DNA of 32,000 nucleotides from Erysipelotrichaceae bacterium (GTDB taxonomy: Bacteria > Bacillota_I > Bacilli_A > Erysipelotrichales > Coprobacillaceae). This document shows positions 17,464-25,767 of the stretch, piece after piece; position 1 is the stretch's first letter, and every line of letters begins with the position of its first letter. The stretch covers positions 35,719 through 67,718 of the forward strand of contig JAQVDW010000009.1 in NCBI GenBank assembly GCA_028698185.1. Reading direction: 5' to 3'. The notes below the pieces were generated by a model. That model had not been told where the DNA came from. It saw only the letters and a program-made list of their open reading frames with translations, and searched no databases. Both the position numbers and the translations under genes were made by a program.

Positions 17464-18244
17464 TTATTACCTCGATTTTATCCAATATTGAATTTTTGTC
17501 CAAAGAAGGCAACTGGTCCAACAGCTTTTCAACCTCAGCCACCTGTTTGGCATCAAGTTGCAGTTCAACATCGCTGTTTGCCACCTGCGAAAAGTAATTG
17601 TATGCCTTTTGATCGAATGTCTCCTGATTAATCAGATTATGTTCATAGGCGGTATTGAGAGCCAGCGCCACATAATATACGCTGTTGCCATCAAGGCCGT
17701 CACTTGAGTATGTCTGCGCCTGGTCAAGCAGGTCCAGCGAGTCGATATAATCACCCATCATGCCCGAGTAATCCGGAGCTACTGACAGGATTCCCTTGGC
17801 GATTGTCGTCTTGCTTAAGTCAAGACCCGGCTGGGTCGCCCCGAATGAAAGCAGCAGCACATAGACGATGACCAAGGCCTCGAAAACGGAAATTGCCACA
17901 CCAAGCACCCTGTCCGCTCCACCGATCAAAGGCAGGTTTGCCACCGTCTGGAGCATCGGTCTGATTGCCAGCGAGACAAGGAGCAGTCCGATCTTGAAAA
18001 CCGCCAGGAGAATCAAAAACGCCACAATCCGGTTGAAAAGGAGATTGGCGAATTCAAACGGTGCCCCTCCGGCCGTAGTGAACATCATACTTACCGGTCC
18101 GGAAACATAGTAGGCCCCGACAATGGCGACAACCGTGACCACCAGGTCATAAAGACGTAAAATGAACCCGCGGAAATATCCGAAAACCGCAAAAGCAAAG
18201 ACAAATACAACAATCAAAATATCTATATTCGTATTATTTAGCAT
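17456..18244 (-). CDS. cvpA: CvpA-family membrane protein with extended soluble C-terminus
   Basis: 262 aa with four N-terminal TM helices typical of CvpA. Its position upstream of mutS2 matches Bacillus yshB. It carries about 95 extra C-terminal residues. Confidence 0.75.
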   Translation of the reverse strand: MLNNTNIDILIVVFVFAFAVFGYFRGFILRLYDLVVTVVAIVGAYYVSGPVSMMFTTAGGAPFEFANLLFNRIVAFLILLAVFKIGLLLVSLAIRPMLQTVANLPLIGGADRVLGVAISVFEALVIVYVLLLSFGATQPGLDLSKTTIAKGILSVAPDYSGMMGDYIDSLDLLDQAQTYSSDGLDGNSVYYVALALNTAYEHNLINQETFDQKAYNYFSQVANSDVELQLDAKQVAEVEKLLDQLPSLDKNSILDKIEVING

Positions 18245-18293
18245 AATTTTCTCCTTAAAGCCAAAACTGAATTTACAAGCTTAATATCAAATT

Positions 18294-18322
18294 ATTTTAA
18301 CAAATAAATTTTATCCTGTCAA
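18294..18322 (-). promoter_or_regulatory. near-consensus sigma-A promoter for cvpA-mutS2-uvrC
   Basis: Minus strand: TTGACA (18317-18322), 17-nt spacer, TGTTAAAAT (hexamer 18294-18299). Confidence 0.55.
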
Positions 18323-18345
18323 AAAAATTAAAAACATGTTATAAT
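18316..18345 (+). promoter_or_regulatory. putative extended -10 promoter for the RNase HIII-like gene
   Basis: TGTTATAAT at 18337-18345, with CTGTCA 18 nt upstream. Its -35 shares bases with the divergent cvpA -35. Confidence 0.45.
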
Positions 18346-18368
18346 TGACGTGATAGGAGGTAAAGGTC

Positions 18369-19133
18369 TTGAATAATTCAATAGTCAGATCTGATATCTC
18401 TCATGTTAGGTTAGCCCCAATAACTGAAAGTGGGAATGATATCAGCAATTTCGATTATGCCAAAAATTTCTTTGACGGGTCTCACATTGGAGTTGATGAG
18501 ACTGGTTCCCAGGATTTTTTCGGGCCGTTATGCGTGGTATCATGCTTTGTCGATGAAAGAGATTTCGATTGGCTGTTAAGCATCGGTGTCAAGGACCCCA
18601 AAGAACTCACCAACAAGGAAGTTGTCGCAATCGCCAAGGAAATCAAAGATCGGCTGATTTACAGTTTATTGATTTTAGACAATTCGCATTACAATCAGTT
18701 AGCACAAGAAGGTAACAACCTAGCAAACATCAAGGCTAAACTTTACAACCAAGCGGTCACCAATGTAATGCAAAAAGTCCAACTGGCCGTGGATTACAAG
18801 TGCGCCACCCAGTTTGTTTCGCCGAAGACTTATTTCAATTATCTCAAAACCGAGGTTATTGTCGTCAAGGATCTGGAATTCGTTCCCAAAGGCGAAGAGA
18901 AATATTTGGGAATCATGTGCAGCGCGATTTTGTCCCGCTATGCATATCTGCAGTATTTCCAAAATATGTCAAAAACCTTGAAAATGAAACTGCCACGGGG
19001 GACAAGCCCTTCAGTGGAAACGGTAGCCCTTGAAGTTGCCAATAAATATGGAAAGAAGATGCTGTTTAAAGTCACAAAAACCAACATGACTAACTACAAA
19101 CGGCTGAAAAACACAATGGAAAAGGCCGTCTGA
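18369..19133 (+). CDS. rnhC: RNase HIII-like type-2 ribonuclease H, lacking the usual N-terminal domain
   Basis: 254 aa with a TTG start 7 nt after GGAGGT. Motifs GVDETGSQDFFGP, GVKDPKEL and YSLLIL line up with my recollection of Bacillus RnhC. It is divergent from cvpA, as in Bacillus. Confidence 0.8.
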   Translation: MNNSIVRSDISHVRLAPITESGNDISNFDYAKNFFDGSHIGVDETGSQDFFGPLCVVSCFVDERDFDWLLSIGVKDPKELTNKEVVAIAKEIKDRLIYSLLILDNSHYNQLAQEGNNLANIKAKLYNQAVTNVMQKVQLAVDYKCATQFVSPKTYFNYLKTEVIVVKDLEFVPKGEEKYLGIMCSAILSRYAYLQYFQNMSKTLKMKLPRGTSPSVETVALEVANKYGKKMLFKVTKTNMTNYKRLKNTMEKAV

Positions 19134-19159
19134 GCCTTTTTTTGCTTAGGAGAAATTTT

Positions 19160-19528
19160 ATGAAAAAGATATTGATGCTGTTGCTGGCACTGATCTTGTC
19201 GGGCTGCGCTTCGAATTCGACCACCTCGAAAGTTATCGATTACCAGAAGGCGCTGGAACTTATAGATGAGAAACAGGCTTTGATTGTCGATGTCCGGACC
19301 TTGGACGAGTACAATACCGGCCATATTGAAAATGCGATCCTGATACCCTTGGACACAATCACAACCGAACCGCTGGAACAGATACCCGACCTGGACGCTC
19401 CCATAATCGTCTATTGCCGTTCGGGCAACCGCTCCAACCAGGCTCTAGGACTGCTCGAGGATATCGGCTACAGTGAAGTCTACGACCTTGGTTCAATCAA
19501 CAATTGGGAAGGCACTATTGTCAAATAG
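19160..19528 (+). CDS. rhodanese-domain lipoprotein (sulfurtransferase)
   Basis: Signal peptide plus lipobox LILSGC. The active-site loop is CRSGNRS. The ATG at 19160 is preceded by AGGAGA. Confidence 0.85.
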   Translation: MKKILMLLLALILSGCASNSTTSKVIDYQKALELIDEKQALIVDVRTLDEYNTGHIENAILIPLDTITTEPLEQIPDLDAPIIVYCRSGNRSNQALGLLEDIGYSEVYDLGSINNWEGTIVK

Positions 19529-19546
19529 CGCCTTTTTTTGTGCAAA

Positions 19547-19569
19547 AAAGTCCGCGGATTGCGGACTTT
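19547..19569. terminator. bidirectional terminator between convergent rhodanese and dCMP deaminase genes
   Basis: 9-bp stem aaagtccgc/gcggacttt with a 5-nt loop, flanked by A/T runs on both sides. Confidence 0.6.
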
Positions 19570-20038
19570 ATTCAGTTTCAACTGTTATTTCAATCGGGCT
19601 GACTTTGCGATAGCTAACTCCGGCGCCATCAAGCATCTTTTTGGCCGCCACATCGCTGGGCGTGCCGCAGTACTTGTCATCCTCAAAGACGATTTCCTTG
19701 ATTCCTGCCTGGATTATCGCTTTGGCGCACTCATGGCAAGGGAACAATGAAACATAGATCGAGCTGCCGTGGAGATCCTTGATCGCATTCAAGATGGCGT
19801 TGAGCTCGGCATGGACCACATAGGCGTATTTGGTCTGATCAAGTTCGCCTTCGCGGCTTTCCCAGGGAAAATCCTGGTCCGACAAGCCAATCGGCAGGCC
19901 GTTGTAACCGACCCCGACGATCTTCTTGTTTGGCGAGACGATACAGGCCCCCACCTGGGTATTGGGATCTTTCGAGCGGAAGCCAGAAAGTTTGGCTACG
20001 GACATGAAATACTGATCCCAACTGATTATCTTACTCAT
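19568..20038 (-). CDS. comEB: dCMP deaminase (ComEB-like)
   Basis: 156 aa with zinc motifs HAELNA and PCHECAK. It overlaps the rluD 3' end by 8 nt. Confidence 0.88.
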   Translation of the reverse strand: MSKIISWDQYFMSVAKLSGFRSKDPNTQVGACIVSPNKKIVGVGYNGLPIGLSDQDFPWESREGELDQTKYAYVVHAELNAILNAIKDLHGSSIYVSLFPCHECAKAIIQAGIKEIVFEDDKYCGTPSDVAAKKMLDGAGVSYRKVSPIEITVETE

Positions 20039-20945
20039 TTCCCCGGGCCTCGATTTCCTTGATCTTCGCTACGAAGAAATCAGGCAATTCGCTGGTGAAC
20101 TCCATATATTCGCCGGTGCGGGGATGGTTGAATCCCAGAGTCCGGGCGTGAAGATATTGGCCATATGTGGTATCATCCTTACGGTATCCGTACTTGGGAT
20201 CTCCCACAACCGGATGGCCGATATAGGCCATATGGACGCGGATCTGATGCGTCCGGCCTGTTTCCAGACGGCATTCCACCAATGAATAATCCGGATATCT
20301 TTCCAGGACCGTGAAGTTGGTGATGGCATCTTTTGAATTTTCAGCTTTGACCGTCATTTTCTGGCGGTCTTTTGGATCGCGGCCGATCGGCGCGTCAATC
20401 CGGCCATGGTTGTGAGGGAATTCCCCGTGAACCAATGCCACATAGCTGCGGGTCACCGTATGGTCCTTTAGCTGTTGCGAAAGCGAGCGATGGGCCAGGT
20501 CATTTTTGGCAACCATCAGTAGGCCTGAAGTCTCCTTGTCGATCCGGTGGACAATGCCTGGCCGGTTGACCCCGTTGATTCCCGAAAGGTCCTGGCAATG
20601 GTACAAGATCGCATTGACCAGGGTATTCGACACAATCGAGAGAGTCGGATGGACAATCATGTCATTCGCCTTGTCTATCACAAGCACATCGCTGTCTTCA
20701 TAAACGATATCCAACGGGATGTTCTCCGGTTTTATTTCCATATCTTTTGGCGGCATCATCGTCAGTTCGATCATATCACCGGCTTCTAGCTTGTATGACG
20801 CCTTTTCCGGTTTGCCGTTGACCAGGACATAACCCTCTTTGATCATCTCCTGGATCTGGCTGCGGGAAATATCTTCAAGCTGTTCTGACAGGTACTTGTC
20901 GAGCCTTCCCATTTTTTTATCTATTTCAAATTCAATTGTTTCCAC
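20031..20945 (-). CDS. rluD: RluA-family 23S rRNA pseudouridine synthase (RluD-like)
   Basis: 304 aa with an N-terminal S4 domain and catalytic motif HRIDKETSGLL. The GTG start follows GGAGGA and overlaps the lspA stop by 1 nt. Confidence 0.9.
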   Translation of the reverse strand: METIEFEIDKKMGRLDKYLSEQLEDISRSQIQEMIKEGYVLVNGKPEKASYKLEAGDMIELTMMPPKDMEIKPENIPLDIVYEDSDVLVIDKANDMIVHPTLSIVSNTLVNAILYHCQDLSGINGVNRPGIVHRIDKETSGLLMVAKNDLAHRSLSQQLKDHTVTRSYVALVHGEFPHNHGRIDAPIGRDPKDRQKMTVKAENSKDAITNFTVLERYPDYSLVECRLETGRTHQIRVHMAYIGHPVVGDPKYGYRKDDTTYGQYLHARTLGFNHPRTGEYMEFTSELPDFFVAKIKEIEARGNE

Positions 20946-21415
20946 TACTCATCCTCCATAAAAACTTCAATCATCATCAAGCCGACCCCGATCACAATCG
21001 CGATATCGGCGATATTGAAAATCGGAAAGTCATATCCAAATATTGTAAAATCGATAAAGTCCCGGACATAACCCAATACTATCCGGTCAAACACGTTTCC
21101 AAGCAAGCCCGAGATGATCAAAATTATCCCGAACCGGGTCAAGTGTTCCTTAGAATCGGTCTTGATGAAATAAAAAATCAGACCGGCCAGGGCCACCAGG
21201 GCAAACGCAATGAAAAATTCCACATGTCCTTCGAACATCGACCAGGCAGCCCCTTTGTTCTGGGCATAGGTGAAATAAAAGAAATTGTCAATTATTTCCA
21301 CCGAAGCTCCCAGGGTCATGTTGATGGCAACCACGATTTTTGACAGCTGGTCACCTACAAGGACCACAAGCATCGTCACTATATATAAAACCACATTATT
21401 TATATTCTTTTTCAT
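20945..21415 (-). CDS. lspA: lipoprotein signal peptidase II
   Basis: Motifs NKGAAWSMF and FNIADIAI with four TM helices. I set the start at MKKNIN, preceded by AAGGGTGG; the ORF extends to 21454. Confidence 0.88.
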   Translation of the reverse strand: MKKNINNVVLYIVTMLVVLVGDQLSKIVVAINMTLGASVEIIDNFFYFTYAQNKGAAWSMFEGHVEFFIAFALVALAGLIFYFIKTDSKEHLTRFGIILIISGLLGNVFDRIVLGYVRDFIDFTIFGYDFPIFNIADIAIVIGVGLMMIEVFMEDE

Positions 21416-21505
21416 CTTTACCACCCTTATCCATACTATTAAAACATATTTCATATTGATAGTAAAGTCTTACTGTTCCATAATCCCATTTTACCCGGAC
21501 GACAA

Positions 21506-21533
21506 AAAAACTATAGAATTATCTATAGTTTTT
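21506..21533 (-). terminator. rho-independent terminator after the Ca2+-ATPase
   Basis: Minus strand: AAAAACTATAG-6 nt loop-CTATAGTTTTT followed by more T. The hairpin includes the ATPase stop codon. Confidence 0.55.
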
Positions 21534-24128
21534 GCGTGTTACAAACTTGACTATTTCACTGACAGCCACAGTTCCAAAACAGAAACCGAGGCAGATATAC
21601 CATTGTTCAATGTGGAGCGGCCGCAAGCGGAAAATCTCGCTTAGCTCCGGAACAGCCAGAAGAACGATTTGGAGTAACAACCCACATCCCAACGCGCCCC
21701 ACAGATAGATATTTGTGAAAAGGCGACGTGACAGGATCGAATGGCGGGTCTTGACATTGAAGCTGTGGACCAGCTGCGAACCGCACAGCGTGATAAATGC
21801 CATGGTCATGCCGGTTTCGTGATCGATGGCATTTCCAATCGCATAGGCAATCAGGGTGAACACCCCGATCATCAGCCCTTGCCAGGCGATGGTGAACCCA
21901 AGTCCATGGGCAAAGAACCCTTCGTCCTTCGAACGCGGCTTGCGCTCCATAATATCTTCTTCCACCGGTTCCATTCCCAGGGCAAAAGCAGGCAGGGAAT
22001 CAGTGATCAGATTCACCCAAAGCAGATGAATCGGCAACAAAGGAACCCCGAATTTGGCATCGGTGAACAGCGTTATCAAAGAAGCCCCGAAGATCGTGAT
22101 CACTTCGCCGATATTGCTGCTTAGGAGGAACTGGACATCTTTTTTGATGTTGTCGTAAATTCCCCGACCTTCCTTGATCGAATGGATGATTGTGGCAAAG
22201 TTGTCATCGGTCAGGATCATTGAAGCAGCCCCTTTGGCCACGTCCGTCCCGGTGATTCCCATGGCACAGCCAATGTCGGCCTGTTTTAAAGCGGGAGCGT
22301 CATTGACACCATCACCGGTCATTGCCACAACCTTGTTTTGAGCCTGCCAGGCCCTGACGATGCGCACCTTGTGTTCGGGCGCCACCCGGGCATACACTCC
22401 ATACTTGTCGACATTTTGCGCCAGTTCCTCATCCGTCATGGCATTGAGCTGGTCTCCGGTGACAGCCTGCTGTCCCGGTTCGAGGATATTCAATGAGCCG
22501 GCGATTGCCGCCGCGGTTTCCACGTGGTCGCCGGTAATCATCACGGTGCGGACTCCGGCTTTTTTCGCTTCCATGATCGCCTTTTTGGCTTCTTCCCGCG
22601 GCGGATCGATCATCCCCACCAGGCCGACAAAGCTTAGATCCTTTTCCAGGGTCTCACTATCGATGGTTGCGGGCAATCGGTCATGATGGCGGATGGCCAC
22701 AGCCAACACCCTCAAGGCCTCCTGGGCCATTGATTTGTTTGCATCTATGCGATGTCCGTTTTCCCGGGAAACACAGCGGTCGAAAATGACGTCCGGACCA
22801 CCCTTTGTGATTTGCAGGAAACCTTCGCCGTCCTTGACGATGACCGTCATCATTTTGCGGTCGCTGTCAAACGCCAGCTCCCCTACCCTAGGGTAACGTT
22901 TGTCAAGTTCCCCTTTAGGGTAGCCGTTGACAAGACTCGCCTTGACCAAGGCCGTTTCGGTCGGATCTCCGATCTCAACTTCACGCTCGTCGACAATCGA
23001 TATCTGGCCATCGGAGCATAATGTGAAATAGTTGAGCATCTTGATTGTCGCAGATGTCGCGGTTTCAATCTTTTCTATCTCGTCGCCGTCAAGATAAGTC
23101 TTGACAACCGTCATCTTGTTCTGGGTCAGGGTTCCCGTCTTGTCCGAGCAGACAATCGAAGTCGCCCCCAGGGTTTCCACTGCCGGCAGCGATTTGACAA
23201 TGGCATTATGCTGCGCCATCTTCGATACCGAAAGGGCCAAGACAACCGTCACAACCGTTGCCAATCCCTCAGGTATCGCCGCTACCGCCAGGGCAATTGA
23301 AGTCTTGAACGCTTCAAGGATTCCCATATCCGAATATATCTGGATGCCAAAAACCACAACAACAATCACAAGGCAGATTATGCCGATCAATTTGCCGATA
23401 TTATCGAGTTGCACCTGCATCGGTGTTTTTTGCTTCTGGGTCTGGGCGATCATCGCAGCAATCTTCCCGACCTCATTGTCTTTACCAGTCGCACATACCA
23501 GAACAACTCCGCGTCCGTAAGTGACATTGCACGATGAGAACACCATATTCAATCGGTCACCTAGTGGCACGTCATCCTTGGCGATTAGATTCATGTGCTT
23601 TTCCACCGGAACCGATTCCCCGGTCAGGGCCGACTCGTCAACCTTGAGATTGGCGCTTTCGACAATCCGCCCGTCACTGGCAATCCGGTCACCGGCGTCA
23701 AGGATCAAAATATCTCCCACGACAACCTCATCGGAATCGATTGTCTGCAAAGTACCGTCACGGATGACCTTTGCTTTTGGGGCCGCCATTTTTTCCAGGG
23801 CTTCCAAGGCCTTTTCGGCATTGTTTTCCTGAACCAGACCCAAAATCGCATTTACCACAACCACAAAGAATATGATCATCGATTCGATCCATTCGTCAGG
23901 TTCGATCGCTATCGAAACCACGGCGGCGATGATCAGGATTATCGTCAGCGCGTCCTTGAACTGGAGCAAAAATCGCTGCCACATGGGCACCTTCTTCTTT
24001 TTCTCCAATTCATTTCTGCCGTATTTTTCCCGGTTGACCAGCACCTGTTCGCTAGTCAGCCCATTATGGAGATTAGAATCATAATCCTTGGCCAGCTTGG
24101 CCGTTTCTTCATTGTAAATCACGTTCAC
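21519..24128 (-). CDS. P-type (P2) Ca2+-transporting ATPase
   Basis: 869 aa with motifs TGES, phosphorylation site CSDKTGTLT, TGDHVETA and hinge TGDGVNDAPAL, plus 10 TM helices. The GTG start is at 24128 or, with better RBS spacing, at 24122. Confidence 0.92.
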   Translation of the reverse strand: MNVIYNEETAKLAKDYDSNLHNGLTSEQVLVNREKYGRNELEKKKKVPMWQRFLLQFKDALTIILIIAAVVSIAIEPDEWIESMIIFFVVVVNAILGLVQENNAEKALEALEKMAAPKAKVIRDGTLQTIDSDEVVVGDILILDAGDRIASDGRIVESANLKVDESALTGESVPVEKHMNLIAKDDVPLGDRLNMVFSSCNVTYGRGVVLVCATGKDNEVGKIAAMIAQTQKQKTPMQVQLDNIGKLIGIICLVIVVVVFGIQIYSDMGILEAFKTSIALAVAAIPEGLATVVTVVLALSVSKMAQHNAIVKSLPAVETLGATSIVCSDKTGTLTQNKMTVVKTYLDGDEIEKIETATSATIKMLNYFTLCSDGQISIVDEREVEIGDPTETALVKASLVNGYPKGELDKRYPRVGELAFDSDRKMMTVIVKDGEGFLQITKGGPDVIFDRCVSRENGHRIDANKSMAQEALRVLAVAIRHHDRLPATIDSETLEKDLSFVGLVGMIDPPREEAKKAIMEAKKAGVRTVMITGDHVETAAAIAGSLNILEPGQQAVTGDQLNAMTDEELAQNVDKYGVYARVAPEHKVRIVRAWQAQNKVVAMTGDGVNDAPALKQADIGCAMGITGTDVAKGAASMILTDDNFATIIHSIKEGRGIYDNIKKDVQFLLSSNIGEVITIFGASLITLFTDAKFGVPLLPIHLLWVNLITDSLPAFALGMEPVEEDIMERKPRSKDEGFFAHGLGFTIAWQGLMIGVFTLIAYAIGNAIDHETGMTMAFITLCGSQLVHSFNVKTRHSILSRRLFTNIYLWGALGCGLLLQIVLLAVPELSEIFRLRPLHIEQWYICLGFCFGTVAVSEIVKFVTRKNYR

Positions 24129-24137
24129 CGCCCCTTT

Positions 24138-24398
24138 CTAGTGGGAATTCCTTCCTTTGCCGCAGTCGTTAGACCTTGACGAGCCGTCGTTGAGGACGAC
24201 CACGTTAACGTATTCGACCTGCAGTTCATTCAAAACAGCCAGCCGTTTATGCCCATCGACACACTCATAACCACCATCAGTCTCATTGACCTTGATCATG
24301 AACGAAAGTCCGATCCTTTCGATCGACTCCTTCAGGGCCGGGCTGTATTGTTTTTCTTGATATCTAATATTCCTTACTTCTATATTCTTGATCCGCAT
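24138..24398 (-). CDS. small stand-alone ParB/Srx-like N-terminal-domain protein (86 aa)
   Basis: LKESIERIGLSFMIKVNETDGGYECVDGHKRLAVL matches the ParB N-domain pattern (SI...G...PI.V...Y.iidGhHRl.A). The ATG is 1 nt after the murE stop, with AAGGA 8 nt upstream. The stop is 9 nt before the ATPase start. Confidence 0.6.
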   Translation of the reverse strand: MRIKNIEVRNIRYQEKQYSPALKESIERIGLSFMIKVNETDGGYECVDGHKRLAVLNELQVEYVNVVVLNDGSSRSNDCGKGRNSH

Positions 24399-24399
24399 T

Positions 24400-25767
24400 T
24401 CACAAGTCCTTCAAGTATTTTTCGACTTCTTCAAAATCGCTGAAATGGAATTTTTCACCGTTGATTATCTGGTAATTCTCATGCCCCTTGCCTAACACAA
24501 GCAGCACGTCATTGTTCTCGAGCTGATCGATGCCATAGCGGATAGCCTGAGCCCGGTCCTTGATGACGACATAATTGTCATAATCCAGTCCGGCGGTCAT
24601 GTCCGCAATGATTGCATCGGGGGCCTCATTGCGGGGATTGTCATTGGTGAAAATGGCCAGATCGGAGTATTTGCAGGCAGTGGCCGCCATCAGCGGCCGT
24701 TTGGTTTTGTCGCGGTTTCCACCACAGCCAATTAGCGTCACAATCTTGCGTGCCGTTGTTTCCTTGATTGTCTTGGCGACATTCTCAATCGCATCAGGCG
24801 TATGGGCATAATCGATAAAAATCGAATTCGTCCCCTTCTTCAAATAGGACATGCGCCCGGTCGGCGCCTGGACAAGCTCGTTTTTGTCAAGGAGCGCATC
24901 GACATCGCACCCCAGATTCACAGCGATCATCAGGCTGGTAAGATAATTGTAAATATTGTATTTCCCAATCAGATTGATCGTTGTCCGATATGATTTTGCC
25001 AGATAGGAAAACTCCAGGTTGGTATGGGTATGCTCGATCGTGTAGTCTTCGATAGTCACATCGCCATCCTGGCTTTTTATAAGGATGTTGCGGTTTTCAG
25101 GCAACACGAAATCCTTGGCATGTGCATCGTCACCGTTGATTACGGCAATTTTCGCCCCCCTGGTCATCCTGAACAGCTCCTGTTTTGTCGCCAGATAATT
25201 TTCCATCGTTCCATGGAAATCCAGATGGTCCTGGGTCAGGTTGGTGAATGCCACAACATCGAATTGCAATCCATTCACCCGGCCATAAGCCAGGGCATGG
25301 GAGGACACTTCCATGATCACAACTTCGCATGAAGCATCAACGCATTCAAGCAGCAGGTTGTAAAGCAAATCAAGATCGGGTGTCGTGTTGTTCAATGGGC
25401 GACTCTTGTCACCAATATGGAAGCCGATCGTACCGATATAGCCGGCTTTGATTCCCTGGTTCAGGAGCATCTCGAAAGTCATGAAGCCAATGCTTGTTTT
25501 ACCGTTGGTCCCGGTTATCCCCACCAATTTCATCTTTTCTATATAAGGATAATAATTTTCTTTTAGGTAATTCTTGAAATATTCCCTGGTATCATCAACC
25601 ATTTCCACTTCGACAGGGTACTGCCCGTGCTCGACGATCACCTTGATTGCTCCGTTTGCGATCGCCACATCCACATAATCATGGCCATCGGTCACCGGTC
25701 CTTTCAAAGCGATAAACGTGTCACCGGGCTTTACCTGCCGGGAATCGGTTTTCAAACCGATTCTCAT
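24400..25767 (-). CDS. murE: UDP-MurNAc-L-Ala-D-Glu:meso-diaminopimelate ligase
   Basis: 455 aa with P-loop GITGTNGKTS. The DNPR motif (FTNDNPRNE) is characteristic of DAP-adding rather than Lys-adding MurE. Confidence 0.92.
   Translation of the reverse strand: MRIGLKTDSRQVKPGDTFIALKGPVTDGHDYVDVAIANGAIKVIVEHGQYPVEVEMVDDTREYFKNYLKENYYPYIEKMKLVGITGTNGKTSIGFMTFEMLLNQGIKAGYIGTIGFHIGDKSRPLNNTTPDLDLLYNLLLECVDASCEVVIMEVSSHALAYGRVNGLQFDVVAFTNLTQDHLDFHGTMENYLATKQELFRMTRGAKIAVINGDDAHAKDFVLPENRNILIKSQDGDVTIEDYTIEHTHTNLEFSYLAKSYRTTINLIGKYNIYNYLTSLMIAVNLGCDVDALLDKNELVQAPTGRMSYLKKGTNSIFIDYAHTPDAIENVAKTIKETTARKIVTLIGCGGNRDKTKRPLMAATACKYSDLAIFTNDNPRNEAPDAIIADMTAGLDYDNYVVIKDRAQAIRYGIDQLENNDVLLVLGKGHENYQIINGEKFHFSDFEEVEKYLKDL

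Noticed and set aside
18369-19133. Possible loss of the third catalytic Asp in the RNase HIII-like protein (CATQF where I recall IDQF in Bacillus RnhC)
   Set aside because: An alternative alignment places the conserved Asp at LAVD five residues earlier. My reference sequence is from memory, so this cannot be decided without a real alignment and catalytic inactivity is not claimed.
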